A model generated the notes under the pieces. It was not told where the DNA came from and did not search any database. It saw only the letters and a list, made by a program, of their open reading frames with translations. DNA of 64,000 bases from the human T2T-CHM13v2.0 reference genome, Homo sapiens, in assembly GCF_009914755.1 (NCBI RefSeq), contig NC_060932.1. The stretch is one strand, 5' to 3'. Of this stretch, positions 29,783-43,521 are shown in pieces. The position numbers and the translations under genes were made by a program. The first letter of the stretch is position 1, and every line of letters starts with the position of its first letter.

Positions 29783-30681
29783 TTTTTTTTGGCTCAATCT
29801 TTTAATATAAAAAATTCACTGCTGTATACAAAAATGTGAAAGTGTGACAATGACAACTATGAAATCCTGTGAATGAAAGTCCCCTCAAATGCACTCTGTG
29901 GTGCACATGCGGCCGCCCACAAAAACTCTGGCGTGGAAACAAACTCATGCAAACCAGTGCTGCCAAGAAGCGCCAACACGTGTGTTCTCCATTCCACCAA
30001 TCACAGACCAATATCTACTCCAAACATCCAGTAACAAAAAATGTGGCATCTTCCCAGGAACAGCAAGGCAGACTTCTTACTCACGATGGACCAGCACAAA
30101 TAAACCCAGCAAAAAGAGCACTTCATACTTATGTTTAGGATAGTCATTCATGAGGCTCGTCCCAATTCCAATATAAGGAACAAATCCCCTGGCTCTCCCC
30201 ACGACATCTTTTTTCTCTAGCCAATGTTGATCTTGTTTATAGAGGCCTCTGTCATCAACCGCATTATTATCTCCTTTGGTCAAAAACTTGATATGCCCAT
30301 TTTGCTTTTCATGAATCTTCAAGACTCGGTGAACTATAGGAATCTTTCTTCCTTCTATCCTTAGAACAGCGATTTCTCCCACTCGTATGGGATCTTCAAC
30401 TCGATTTGTTAGAAAGAGAAGATATCCTCTATGAAATGCAGGTTCCATGCTGCCACTGAGCAACACAATTGGACTTTCACTTCCAGTTATTACCATTAAC
30501 CCCTTCCAGATCATGAGTGCTGATGAGACAATCATTCCAAAATTTAGGACTTGATAATAGAGCCGCCACTTGTTCATCCACTGCACATCATCCAAAAAGA
30601 CTAGAGACAGTATGGTGGGGATGGCGAGCAGGACACCGGCAAGGGAGAGGGTGCGAGGACCAGCGGGCAGAACGACTGGCC
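29783..30681 (-). pseudogene. SEC11B: Processed retrocopy of SEC11A (signal peptidase complex catalytic subunit), including 5' UTR, CDS, 3' UTR and poly(A)
   Basis: Intronless SEC11A-like coding sequence; ATTAAA at 29806-29801 and an A8 tail at 29790-29783; degenerate TSD TGTAATTCATAGAATTTTC (29764-29782) / TGTAATTCAGAGTTTTC (30682-30698); parental ATG mutated to ATA (30613-30611). Confidence 0.96.
30077..30577 (-). CDS. SEC11B: Residual open frame of the retrocopy, 166 aa from the first in-frame ATG (putative S26B peptidase; expression unproven)
   Basis: [17 protein letters not shown]...[12 protein letters not shown]...PIVHRV...[14 protein letters not shown]...LVHRE, no stop or frameshift; the track start at 30595 is a TTG, not an ATG. 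Confidence 0.45.
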   Translation of the reverse strand: MNKWRLYYQVLNFGMIVSSALMIWKGLMVITGSESPIVLLSGSMEPAFHRGYLLFLTNRVEDPIRVGEIAVLRIEGRKIPIVHRVLKIHEKQNGHIKFLTKGDNNAVDDRGLYKQDQHWLEKKDVVGRARGFVPYIGIGTSLMNDYPKHKYEVLFLLGLFVLVHRE

Positions 30682-31501
30682 TGTAATTCAGAGTTTTCTA
30701 AGTGATAACTTTTGTCTTTTTGTGTTCTGGGCATGGTTTAAATAGAAAACCTTCAATAATATTCACTCATTCATTTATTTATCTACCCATCTATCCAACC
30801 ATCCATCCATCGTTCCATCCATTCATTCTATCATACCTAAGAAACATTGATTAAAAGTCTATTTGTAGGCATTGTGTTTGCCATGCACATTCAAGTCACA
30901 TTTAGTTTGGCACAGCTTGGAATAAGAAGAAAAATGCCCATGTGTTTTTTCCTTTTTCTTCTAGTTGACTATTTTAAAACCAATCAACAAAACGTAAAGA
31001 GTCTGGCCCTGGGCTTCTTGCACACAACATCTGTTTTGGCTTCCCTGGCCTCTGGCCTTTGTCTGCCCTGTAGATGACAGATTAGTCGGGGACATCCTTC
31101 ATAGTAGGAAATGGAGGTCAATAAAATTTGCACCAGGCTTTTCAATTTAGTATCATCCCAGTCAGGACATCCCAAAATAAAATTTGTTTTAAAAATAGAT
31201 CTAGGAGGAGAAAAAAGATTGAAAACAAACAATCCTCTTATGTCACTAATTCTGTGAGAAAACCTGATTTAAAAACAAATCAGTTTCTTGTTCAGGTGCA
31301 ATGATTTTGCGGGTAGAAAAAAAGCAGAACAAAAATAGTGTAAAGAGTCCAGTGTGATAAAGGATACTATAGAGCAAAACAGGAAGTTGTTTAATGGAAG
31401 GGAGTAATTGACCTCAGAGCCTGAGACGTGAATAGATCCTTGGATGCAGAGGTTTTTGCATTTGTAAAGTGTTGTATCGATGCTTTATTGACCAGATTTG
31501 A

Positions 31502-31854
<353 letters not shown>

Positions 31855-33494
31855 TGAATTAAAGAGGAGTATGAGGGAGGCTGTTGTGAGGTAGGTTTAA
31901 TTTTTATCTTCATTCTGATCTTACAGGGGAGGAAATGAATGCTCAAAGAGATTCTGTGATTAGTTTGTGATAGAGCCAGTAAATAGAAGAACCCATCTCA
32001 AACCAGGTGTACCAACCCCAGACACTGGCAGAACGCTCTCTTTATGTAAGACCTCAAAATCTTACTGGTTGGTGTCTGCTGACTTGTTTTTCTCTGTTAT
32101 CTTGCCTGTCTGCAGTGACAAATTCAGTGCAGCTCTAACTCATGTGGACAGGGAGGAAATGATTCTAGGATTGAGGACTTAAGGGTGTCTGGAAGAGAAG
32201 AGAATTGTTTTGTTTTGTTTTGTTTTGTTAGTTGTTGTTTTCCTCAGACAGGACCTTGTCAACGCTTTCAAATATGTAGGCTGTTTGCTGTTTCCTTTAT
32301 GTTGGTCCCTGAGAAGGATCTGCCCTTCTACCCTGTTTCCCTGGGGGGTGTGGACAGAGCCTTTGTCTTTGGGGAAGGGGGTCATCTTGGGAAAAGGAGA
32401 ACAGGGCATCCTGAGGACCTGCTCCGTCTAAGGAGAGAAAGCCGAACAGATGGCAGCTGCCACGCAGAGGGCACTTTGTAGGAACTCTGGCTGGAGCAGG
32501 CTTCCTGCGCTCCAATGCCAAATCCTTCCCTTCCAAGGCAATGCAGAGGAACCTGATGATGTGGCTTGGGGCCAGTGGGCTTGTGGCCAAAGAGCACTAA
32601 ATCAAAGCAAAGAAGAGGTGACACCTTAAAAGCAAAAGACATTTCATGTTTGTTTGTTTTGGAAGGCAGAAAGAAATAAGTTGTAATTGCAAAAGAGTAG
32701 AAGATATAAAACAACATGGCTGTAAAATATTTTAATGTTATTTGTTTGTAAAAGGCTTTTCTTTAATGAATATGCTCTATTCTTATTAAGCAACTTTCCC
32801 ATTTCACTAAATGAGGATGGTGAGTTTGTAATTTCTGGTTTTACCTGAAAACCGGTGACCTGGTGTTAGGGAGGCTCTTATCCCTTTAAAATAAACATAA
32901 TGCACTAGTTTGTAATCTCTGCAGGTATATTAAAATGTTTGCAGTGATAAACATTTCTAGCTTTAAAACTTTTATCTCTTATCCGAATTCAAGATCTATG
33001 TCTTTAATGAACTCTTTCAACTGGACATTCAAACATGGAAAATGTTTCTAGATTCTCATCTCCCATAATCAGCTGAGAATGGCTGTGAATTCCCAGAGGA
33101 AGACCTGCGGAAGACAGGGCTGAGCTTCTGGAGGCAATATTATGGGAGCATAGATCTTGGGGTACGTTTCCTCAGAACCCAGGGGACTCCTAGGCACTCA
33201 CTCATTTATCATGATCATACGTTTAATCTTTTTTACTTATGTTTCAGGAATATAAGAAAATGTATGTTTTAAAAGCATGAACACTCATACTTACTGAATA
33301 CAATGCCTGACTAAGAAACAAGGCTTTATACCTTATTAATAAGGAGAAAATGCCAAGCTACCAAAGCATACATTGGAAAGCAATATGACAGAGTAGAAAT
33401 AATGCTAGCTTTATTGTTCCTTTACATTTATTAGTAACCTTTAATGAGCTTCTGTTTGTGTCAGGAACTGAAGTTGCAGAGATGAAACTCTGAA

Positions 33495-33637
33495 ATTACA
33501 GGTGCCCATCACCATGCCCAGCTAATTTTTGTGTTTTTAGTAGAGACGGGGTTTCGCCATGTTGGCCAGGCTGTTCTCGAACTCCTGGTTTCACGTGATC
33601 CACCCACCTTGGCCTCCCAAAGTGCTGGGATTACAGG
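33495..33637 (-). mobile_element. Internal Alu fragment lacking a poly(A) tail
   Basis: Left arm, middle A-region and start of the right arm only; bounded by attacagg at both ends. Confidence 0.88.
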
Positions 33638-33697
33638 AGTAATGCAGATGATGAAAGATACCCTTTCCTGACTCAGATGTGATGAGAGACTTGTAAG

Positions 33698-33733
33698 ACA
33701 CACACACACACACACACACACATACACACACAC
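33698..33733. repeat. (CA)n microsatellite
   Basis: About 17 CA units with one interruption. Confidence 0.95.
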
Positions 33734-34484
33734 CCTATACTATACTTCAGGAAGTGCTGTGGCAGATGAAAGCTCTGGGAACTAAGAGATCAGCAGTAAA
33801 GGGAATCTAACCCAAAGTGGGAGCAGGGTTAAGCCAGACAACTCCGGAAAGAAGGATGCAGCAGGCAGGAGGAACAGCATCTGCTAAACTCTGTGGTGGG
33901 GCAGAGCACTTGCACACAGGCAGCTGCCATGAATATGATTGGCTGGTGTAGGCTGTGCTGTTGGTGGTGGAGAGGAATTGTGGGGGGCCTGGGTATCCAC
34001 ACCAAAGAGCTGAGGCTTTCAGCAGGGGACCCAAAAGTTCACATCTGTTTACTCAGAGACTAAGGTGGAGATTTTTGCCTGGAGGGGTCTGAGGAGCACA
34101 TTAGAAGCTATGCAAACCTGTCGAAATTGTGTGCAATATGTTAGGAGTATGTGAGGGTGGGTAGGTGTGTGTGATGTGTGCGTTTTCCCCTGGGAAGGTT
34201 TGGTTATGTTCTTCCATCTTAAAATGTGTCATAACTCTCAGAAAGGGTGAGGAGCTCAACTAGGACAGAAGAGGGTGATCAGATTGGATGGTTATTGCAA
34301 TACTTCAGATGACTAATAATGAAGTCTTGGGCTGATAAAGTTGTCCTCGGGATGGATGGGCCAGGACAATTTCAGAGAAAATAAAGATATGGTGCTGACA
34401 GGATGTGTTATCTGATTAGATCTGCAGGGGGAAGGGGAGAGGGAGGAAGCTGCCCAGTGCAAGGCCTCTTGAATTGTGACCTGC

Positions 34485-34880
34485 CCATGAGCTACCTGGG
34501 GCTCCTGCTCGAGTGTAGATTCTGACTAGAAGGCCTGGGGAGGACCCAGAGATTCCACATGGCTAACAAGTTCTCTGGTGATGTCCATGCCATGCCATTG
34601 GTGCTGAGTAGCATTTTAAGTCACAAAAGTGGAGGTAGCATACTCTAGGTCCAATTCTCAACCTTGGCTGTCGACGCTTTCTCTGTTTAATGATTATGGG
34701 GCTTGGCATTGTGAGCATGGTAGGTGGTTGGACAGCATCACTGACCTCTGGCCATGAGATGACAGTAGCACTCTTGGGAGTGCTGAGGAGACAAACAACC
34801 AAAAACTTCTCCAGGTATTACCAAATATGCAAGGGCGGGAGTGGGGGCGAGGCACTGATCTAGAGGTTAACCACTCTGGC
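34485..34880. mobile_element. hAT-Charlie MITE remnants (MER5-like followed by MER20-like)
   Basis: gattctgact...ctaacaagttctctggtgatg (MER5 type); ttctcaaccttggctg...caaccaaaaacttctccagg (MER20 type). Confidence 0.6.
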
Positions 34881-35289
34881 TTCACGTTAAAATCATCTGA
34901 GGAGTTTTAGGAGCTATCAGTGCCTGGCCTCGCCCAGACTGATTATATTCTAATCTCTGCTTGGGGGTTGGGGAGGGTGCCCACCCAGCTTTCGGGAAGT
35001 CCAGTGTGCAACCATCTCCGTGGTTGATGGGGCAGCCCGGCTGATAAAACCCAGGACTACACCTGAACGCAGGAAGAGGAGCAGTGTGGGTGGGGAGGTG
35101 GCCTGAGGAGTGAAGATAAGACTTCAGATTTACATGTTGATACGAGGGAAATGCCTGGGGCTCATTTAGATGGAGATGCTCACTTTGATTTTCTTGGTTA
35201 GTGACAAGCTCTGTGGCCTCGTATCTATGAAATATATTTTCAGGTTTTTATTTTACTCGTCAATTCTGATAGTATCTACTCTATGAATA

Positions 35290-36370
35290 GAGCAGATTGA
35301 TGAAAAGGTAAAATAAATGAATGGATGTGAAAGAAAGTAATAGCTGTCTTACACTATTGCACACACACATGCTCAAGAGTTCTTCAGAATTTTATTTGAA
35401 AAATCGTATTTTGAAAGTTTTGGAAAACACAGAACAACATTCTATAATATCAGGGCAAGAACTGATTTCTAGAAAAAAGAACAACAAACAAAAAGCACAA
35501 ATCATAATTGATGCATTCAAGTAAATTAAAAAGCACCATCAGGAAAGTTAAAAGACAAAGACTGAATGAAGGTATTTGCATAGCATATAATTGACAAAGC
35601 TTTAGCATAAAGAATATGCAATAAACCCCTAAAAATCAGTTACAGAAAGTTGAACAACCCAAGAGAAAATAGACATAAGATATCAATAAGAAAGCTACAG
35701 AAGAGGAAACAGAAATAGCCAATATACATAATACTACAAGATGCTCAACCTCCACAATGATCCGGCAAATGGCAGCTGGAGCTGCAATGTATACTATTTC
35801 TTACCTACCAGATAGGCAAAATTTTACAAGTCTGATACAATGAAATGTTGCTGAAATGGCAAGGAAGAGGAAACTCATGCTGCTGGTAGGGATACAAATT
35901 AGTACTACGATTCTGTGAGCAATTTGGCAATATTAAAAATTAAAATGTCTAATAACCTGTGACACCGTAATTCCATTCGTAGGTAAGTTGTTTACGTGCA
36001 GAGATGATTGCTGCAGCATTATTTCCAAAAGTGAAAAATTGTAAATGCCCTAAAGGTCTATCAGTAAGAGAATGGCTAAATAAATTACATTCCTTTTAAC
36101 ATAATGGAATTTGTGTATTTTTATGAATATAAATAAATTAGAGCTGTAGATATTAACATAGATAAATATCAAAGGTGACTGAAAAAATGGTAAGTTACAG
36201 AAGCTGTAATTAGTGTATCCTGTTTATTTAAAATGTAAAAAATACAAAACAAGACTATATTTTATTTACATTGGCATACATTCTTACTTTAAAAAGAATC
36301 AAGTGCATGCACGGCAATGTTGAAAACCAAATTCAGGATATTGGTTCTTTGTAGGGGAGAGAGAAATGAG
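35290..36370 (+). mobile_element. Old L1ME 3' remnant
   Basis: Degenerate ORF2 3' end and 3' UTR (gatgctcaacctc, tgctggtaggga, gaatggctaaataaatta). Confidence 0.7.
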
Positions 36371-37059
36371 ATTGGGGAGAGTGACACAGGGTGGAGAAGT
36401 TAAATAGTTTGCCCTGGTGTCAATAGCTTAGAGAACAGGAGAGCCTGGATTATACCTCAGCCTCCGGCCCCAGAACCTGAACTCTTATGCTCTGTGGTTC
36501 ATCCTGAATTTAAACTCTATCTCCATATTGAAAAAAAGTTTCCTGGATGAGCTGTTGTGCTCAATCTGCTCATGATAATTTAATTGGAGAAATTATTGGT
36601 TATTGATAAATAATCTTAAATTTTGTGATTCAATCTTAAAATATTTCTAGCACAGCATTTCAGTACTAGCAAGTATCATAGTATAATTGTGTGACTACCT
36701 GTATTACCTTTTTTAAACCTACATTTGATGTATAATACATTGACTAAAATAAAATTCCTCATCATTGAAAGTCAAAGATTCAGTACAATAATGATTTTTT
36801 ATAAATCAGCTTTCTATTCCTTTTTAAATCTGTTTTCTACTCTCAAAAGTTCTAAATTTTCTACTAAAAAAATTCTAGTTTGATAAGATTTTGTGAACTT
36901 TATAAAAACATCTCTTTATACTGAGAAGGAAGGAGTCCATAAATCTTGAGTTTGAGCCCATGATATGGTTGTTTGGCTCCTAGAAGTGTCTGAAATAGGA
37001 CCCAACATGTACACGGAGCTTTCCTAATTTAAAAGTTCCTTCATGTACATGCTCAATCT

Positions 37060-37420
37060 TTGTCTTCGAGCTCAGATTGCTGTAACCAAGTCCCATGGAC
37101 CCAGTGACTTACAAACAGGAATTTATTTCTCATAGTTCTGGAGGCTGGAAGTCCACAATCAGGATGCCAGCACGGTTGAGTTCTGGTGAGGGCCTCTTCC
37201 AAGTTGTAGAGTGCTGACTTCCTGTGTATCCTCACGTGGCAGAAAGACAGCCAGCAATCTCTTTGGCTTCTTTTCATAGGGGCACTAATCTCAGTCACGA
37301 GGGTCCCAGCCTCATGACTTTATCACCTCCCACAGGTCCCACCTCCAAACATCATCACATTGGGATTACAGTTTCAGCATATGGATTTTTGGGGGGACAC
37401 AGACATTCAGTCCATTGTAC
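37060..37420 (-). mobile_element. MaLR solo LTR (MLT1A0-like)
   Basis: aatttatttctcatagttctggaggctggaagtcc...ggggggacacagacattcagtccat. Confidence 0.88.
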
Positions 37421-38799
37421 CCTTGAACCCAAGGATTCTGTGGGGTGGGTAGATGCTATTTGTTACACTCATCAATTTGCAATTGATACCAAAGAGCAGT
37501 AGTTTAAGTGATTTGCTCTGAGACCCAGTGACCCTGTGGGGATTGGAGCCAGAATTGCAATGTAAAGCCCTTGGTGTTATCACTTGTGTTTGGTTCACTT
37601 GGACCTGCTCGTTATCATGCACAGAACCATTGCTCACTGATTTGACCCCTTTCTCTTCACTGGAGCAGCTCTCCAGACCACCATGGCCTTCCCTGCACAT
37701 CCTCCTTCTGTCCAGAGCAGCAACAATTCTTGGCTCAGTTCATCACTTCCCCCTTGAAATGCTCTCTGGCTTCTGGGACCTCCTCTCTTGCTCTTTCTCA
37801 GTCACTTTGCAATCTCCACACTTCTAAATATTGGAGGTCTCAGGACTATGAAGTTCTCTTGTATCTACATGCATTTGTTATTTTTTAAAATTTAAAATAT
37901 CATAAAGACATACATAAATCAACAGAGAAGTAAACTCTAGGAAAGACCTTGGCTTTTGATCTATGTACCTGATCACTACTCTTAGAGTGAGAATTAAACT
38001 ATTTTCAGAGAACAGTTATTGGCTGATTTTTATTACACTTTGGATGATGTTAATACCAGAAGTGTCAGTATAAGAGCTAGGCTTACACAGCAAAGGCTTC
38101 GGAAAACCATTTCCCCCCCATCCTCAAGTTATGAGGCAGATTAGGAGCTAGAAGGATAATGGGCAGTGTTCATAGCAATGGGAATTTAGCAATTTTATCG
38201 GCAAATTAAGAGGAGGAGAGATGGTGAGTATTAAATGTGGCCATTTCAAAATCCTTGGGATACTGTGTTAACCCTCAAGAGAAGCAGCAGATAAGGAACC
38301 AGAAATACATTTGGCACCGAGAGGCTGGGGACACATAGCCAACAAAACAGGTGAAGTTGGAAGAGACATGATGAAGTAGTGAAGTAAATTTATTGTATAT
38401 CAGTTGATGATATGTGCTAAGAAAAAGAAATAATTAGTGGGATAGAGAGTGATGGTGTGAAAGTGCCATTTTTTACATAATGCTCAGGGAAGTGCTAAAG
38501 ATAATATTTGACTAAAGGCTTGATTGAAAAGAGGTCAAGCTAGCTTTGGAGTTTCTAGTAGGCAGTTTGAGATGTACAATGATTGGTAAGGGGTGGGATG
38601 TGAGCTGGAGTCCAGATTCAGGACTTGTTGGCACATAGCGGGTATTGAAAACCATGGGGCAAGATGAGGTCATCTAGTCAATGTTTAATGGCCATGAAAA
38701 GAGCAAGGCCCCCAAGAGATGTGGGATATCTCAAAGGAAGTGTACCAAAGCTGACTGGGATGGATGGTCTAAGCAGGGAGGTGGATAACCCAGGTGGGG

Positions 38800-39161
38800 T
38801 GATATGGTTTGGCTGTGTCCCCACCCAAATCTCATCTTGAGTTATAACTCCCACAATTCCCACATGTCGTGGGAGGAACTGGTGGGAGGTAATTGAATCA
38901 TGGGGGTGGGTCTTTCCTGTGCTGATCTTGTGATGGTGAATAAGTCTCATGAGATCTGATGGTTTTATAAAGGGGAGTTTCTCTGCACAAGCTCTCTCTT
39001 TTGCCTGCTGCCATGTCAGAAGTCCCTTTGCCCTTCCTTCATCTTCTGCCATGTTTGTGAGACCTGCCCAACCATGTGGAACTGTGAGTCAATTAAACCT
39101 CTTTTTCTTCCCAGTCTCAGGTATGTCTTTAGTTTCCACAGTGTGAAAACAGACTAATACA
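38800..39161 (+). mobile_element. THE1 (B/C-like) solo LTR
   Basis: tgatatggtttggctgtgtccccacccaaatctcatcttga...gactaataca; 5-bp TSD TGGGG/TGGGT; inserted in an L2 remnant. Confidence 0.95.
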
Positions 39162-41588
39162 TGGGTTGTCATGGAATGCAAAATAAAAGTCTTTCAAGAA
39201 AGGGGGTGGGTGTTAGTATGTCTTTTGCTGCTATGAAGTCAAGTAAAGAAAGGATTGTGAAGTTGCTATTATGGTAGATCCTCTTCAAAGATGGCCCCAC
39301 CAATTCCTTCTTCTCCGTATGATACACATGCCTATGGGGTGATAGCTGAAGCTGGATCTAGAGGAAAAAGGAATTTTTTTCTTTTTAAAGATAGGAAATT
39401 CTAGAGCATATTTGAAACAAGACAGAAGGAGAAATAGATGATATAGGTTGTAAATGGAATTCCGAAGTGAAAAAGCATAAGGCCTTTGATAGGACATTTC
39501 ATTGCTAGCAGTAGAATGGGGTGCACAGTATGGGAAAAGAAGCAAGTGGATTGTTCTTTGGTGGATGGAAGATGAAGGGCCTCCTAGTGATAGTTCCTAG
39601 CTTCTTCGAAAGGCAATGCTAACATCTGATGGGGCCAGGGGTGTGTATTTTTATGAGAGGTTTGAGCCAAGAGGAACAAACAAAAGGGAGAAAAAAAAAC
39701 CCTCTGCCCCTCCTATTTTGTTTTCACTATATGAGCTGCCCAGGTTCATAAACTATTAGTGACTATTTTTATATTAAGCACAAAATATTAGAATTTAAGT
39801 CAGAATTGAATTTTTTCTTACAATTTCACTAAACTACGTTTTAAAGTTTACTTCTCTGTTTGTAAGACCCATTTATCTTCAAATTTTATGTTCAATATAA
39901 ACATGTAAATGTAATTTATTAAGAAATTATTAAATGGAAATACTTATCATTTATGTTTAGTAATTAGAATCTGTCTTTACCACTCTTTTTTAGGAAGAAA
40001 AGTGAAAACCATCTTGATAGGTTTTAGAATGAGATTTTCATGAGAGCCAATGCAATGTCCATGCTTGTTTATGACATATTTGAAGTGCTTAAAGGAAATA
40101 TCCATGGATTATCAGGATTTTAAAAAGTCATTTGTGTTGTCAAACTCTCTAATGCACAATATTGGAGTGCCACCACAAAGTCAGCTAAAATATGCTAAAG
40201 GTAATTAAATATGTCTTAGAGTTGTTTTTTCTCTTTTGGGGGGTTTGAGTTTTAGAGCTTTGTTTGATTGTTTGTAAGGGTTAGTCAGAGAATAAAAGTG
40301 TCATGCTAAGTAAGGAAATGTTCATGAAATAGTGCACTCATCCTTACAACTTTTTTTTTTTTTTTTGCTACAGATAAGCCTGTTGTTAGTGATAAGGAAT
40401 TTAACATGCTTTATCTTAGAAAAAGAAAAAATAGAACAAATGTATCTTAGATTTCAATGAGTTAATTTATAGCAAGGGAGACTTTTCTGTTTGTAATGAC
40501 ACAGGATGGTCACCAAATAATTGACCCAATGGAGGGCTGGGGCTCTGTCTGAGCCTAGAGCCTGGTCCCAGTGGCATCCTGTTGTTGTTTTTCTTCATTC
40601 AGGGATATCCACATGGAGGAGGTTTGAGGAAATCAGATTGGACACAAGTTCTGAACAGTTTTTACTGCTAGAAGCTGTAAATATTCTAAGACTTGTTTTG
40701 CTTTTCCTGGAGTTAATATTTCTTGGGCAATGGGATAGCATCCTAGTTTTGATCTGTATGGGATGTTGCATAAGCTACTTGGTAAAATGAGGGGGCAGAA
40801 GTAGTCTCCAGTGTCTCTTCCAGTTCTGTGTTTCTGATTCCATATAAATTAAATTTCACACAACACTGAACTGTAAGAAGTAACTTGCAACATGATTCTG
40901 CATTTGCCAATCTGACTTTTAAAAAGTCACACTAATATATTAAAACCCAAAATGTGTTAAGTGAATAAAGTATTTGAAATTTAAAAAGTGATACCTGGAA
41001 TGAAAGGAAAGGATGCCTTGACCAGTTTTACTACGGTAGCCCCACTGTTCCAACGTTTGAGGGTATGAAAGAGTATAAAATGATGTCTCATTAACACCTC
41101 CTCACACTATTTTGAATTAATCAAAATAAACATAGAGCCCATTTTCTGACAGCCTGTGAGCCCAAACGTGGCATCCTATAGTTGTTCTTTGAGAGAAGTC
41201 AAGGACTCAAAGGCCCAGCTCTCACCAGACTGTTCAGAATGTAAATTTTACCAACTCCAAAACCTGAGGAAGACACTGATAATTATATTTCTTTCCCCTT
41301 CTCAATATTACTATTAGAAGGATTTCCTAGTATGTTACTTAATTGTGCCCCAGTTTTCTCACCTGAAAAGTCAGAATAATGGTACCTACTTCATAGGGCT
41401 ATTTTGAGGATTAAGTGAATAATTTTATACAATAGGTAAAGTTTTTTAGTATTAATATAATTTGTTATTGTCCCATCTCCAATACTATTTCCTTCCTCTT
41501 TAAAGTTATATGCATCATTGCACCATTCTTGTGTGGGTTTTTGTGCTACCATAACAAAATTATGTACATGCTTTAAAAATTTGTATAG

Positions 41589-41906
<318 letters not shown>

Positions 41907-42060
41907 TCTATAGTTGCTATTATACATATTCTTCTATAATGTGTTTTCAGTCTGCAAAATGTTTTTGATATTTGTTTGATATATGTTTATCTAGCTTACT
42001 GATTTTTACTGATATATAACTTGGAGTTTACTTACTCATTGCAATATTAATGACATTTAG

Positions 42061-42350
<290 letters not shown>

Positions 42351-42783
42351 ATTTTATTATTCTTTTCAATACCAATGTTTATCCTATACATATTTTACCT
42401 GGCTCCGTAAGGTGTTATCTAGAAGTGGATTTGCTGGGTCATACAAACTGTGCATTTTCAGCCATAATAGGGATTGCCACATTGCTATCCAAAGTAGTCA
42501 AAGTTACAGTTTCAACAACAGTGCATGTATAAGTGTTCTGTCCTCTCTGTCTCCTTGTCAACATTTACAATTGTGTCTTTGCCAATTTGACAGGTGTGAA
42601 AAGACATACTATAGTTTTAGTTTACATTTTCCTGATGAACAAATAAGGTGAGCAACTTTTTATATTTATTGGCTCTTCAGATTTCTTCTCCTGAGTCTTG
42701 TCTGTTTGTATGCTTTGCTATTTTCTATCAAGTTGTTTGTCTTTTCCTTTTGATTTGTAGAACTTCATAGACTCATGAATGTA

Positions 42784-43521
42784 CAGTTGATTCTCATTCT
42801 CAGTAGTTACATTCTATAAAGTCACAGGGAACACTGAATTAGTGAATACTGAACCGTTGCTCCCAGGGGAAATACAGGGCTAGGTTCCAGGGAGCCTTCC
42901 TTCGCTACATTTTCTTCACCTGATCCATACATAAACTTGTTTTATGTATGTTTCTGCTTAAAGACACATGTTTAATATATATTGTTGATTCATTAACATT
43001 GAGTTCATGGCCAATAGCACTGTAACTCCTACCTGAAGGAAGCTTATGTAACACAAGTATTTTCTTTTTTTTTAATTTTAATTTTAATTTTAAGTTCCGG
43101 GTACATGTGCAGGATGTGCAGGTTTGTTACATAGGTAAGCGACATATGTATTTTCTCTACAAGGCAATCACAACCTCTTGTGCTTAGGAACATTAGACAG
43201 CACTTCAGTGATATGCTTTGGGGCCATTTTAAATAGGGAAGTCACTACCAAAAAGCACAAAAATGCAAAAATGTGGCACTAAATACACCTTGAATAGGAC
43301 ATTTGTTTACAGTATGAGAGCTGAAACAAGAAGGCAGAATGCTGCCTTGTTTGGCTTCAGCTGGGAATGTGCGTTTCAGGTAGCTCAAATTTTTCACTGC
43401 TCTGTGCATGGCTGTGAATGACTGTGAAAGTACCATCAGTATTGATTTTGAAGTTACAAATAAATTTTAGCGAGTAGGTGAATTCACATATAAGGAATCT
43501 ACAAATAGTGAGGACTGACTT
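42784..43521. mobile_element. MER82-like TcMar-Tigger element
   Basis: TA plus cagttgattctcatt...gtgaggactgact termini; body matches remembered MER82 consensus; carries a tiny L1 insertion. Confidence 0.85.
43066..43141 (-). mobile_element. Ultra-short L1PA 3' tip inserted in MER82
   Basis: T tail plus taagttccgggtacatgtgcaggatgtgcaggtttgttacataggtaa; TSD ACACAAGTATTTTCT / ACATATGTATTTTCT. Confidence 0.88.

Noticed and set aside
30578-30595. ORF-track start of the SEC11-like protein at 30595 (172 aa)
   Set aside because: That codon is TTG (parental Leu7); eukaryotic initiation there is unsupported
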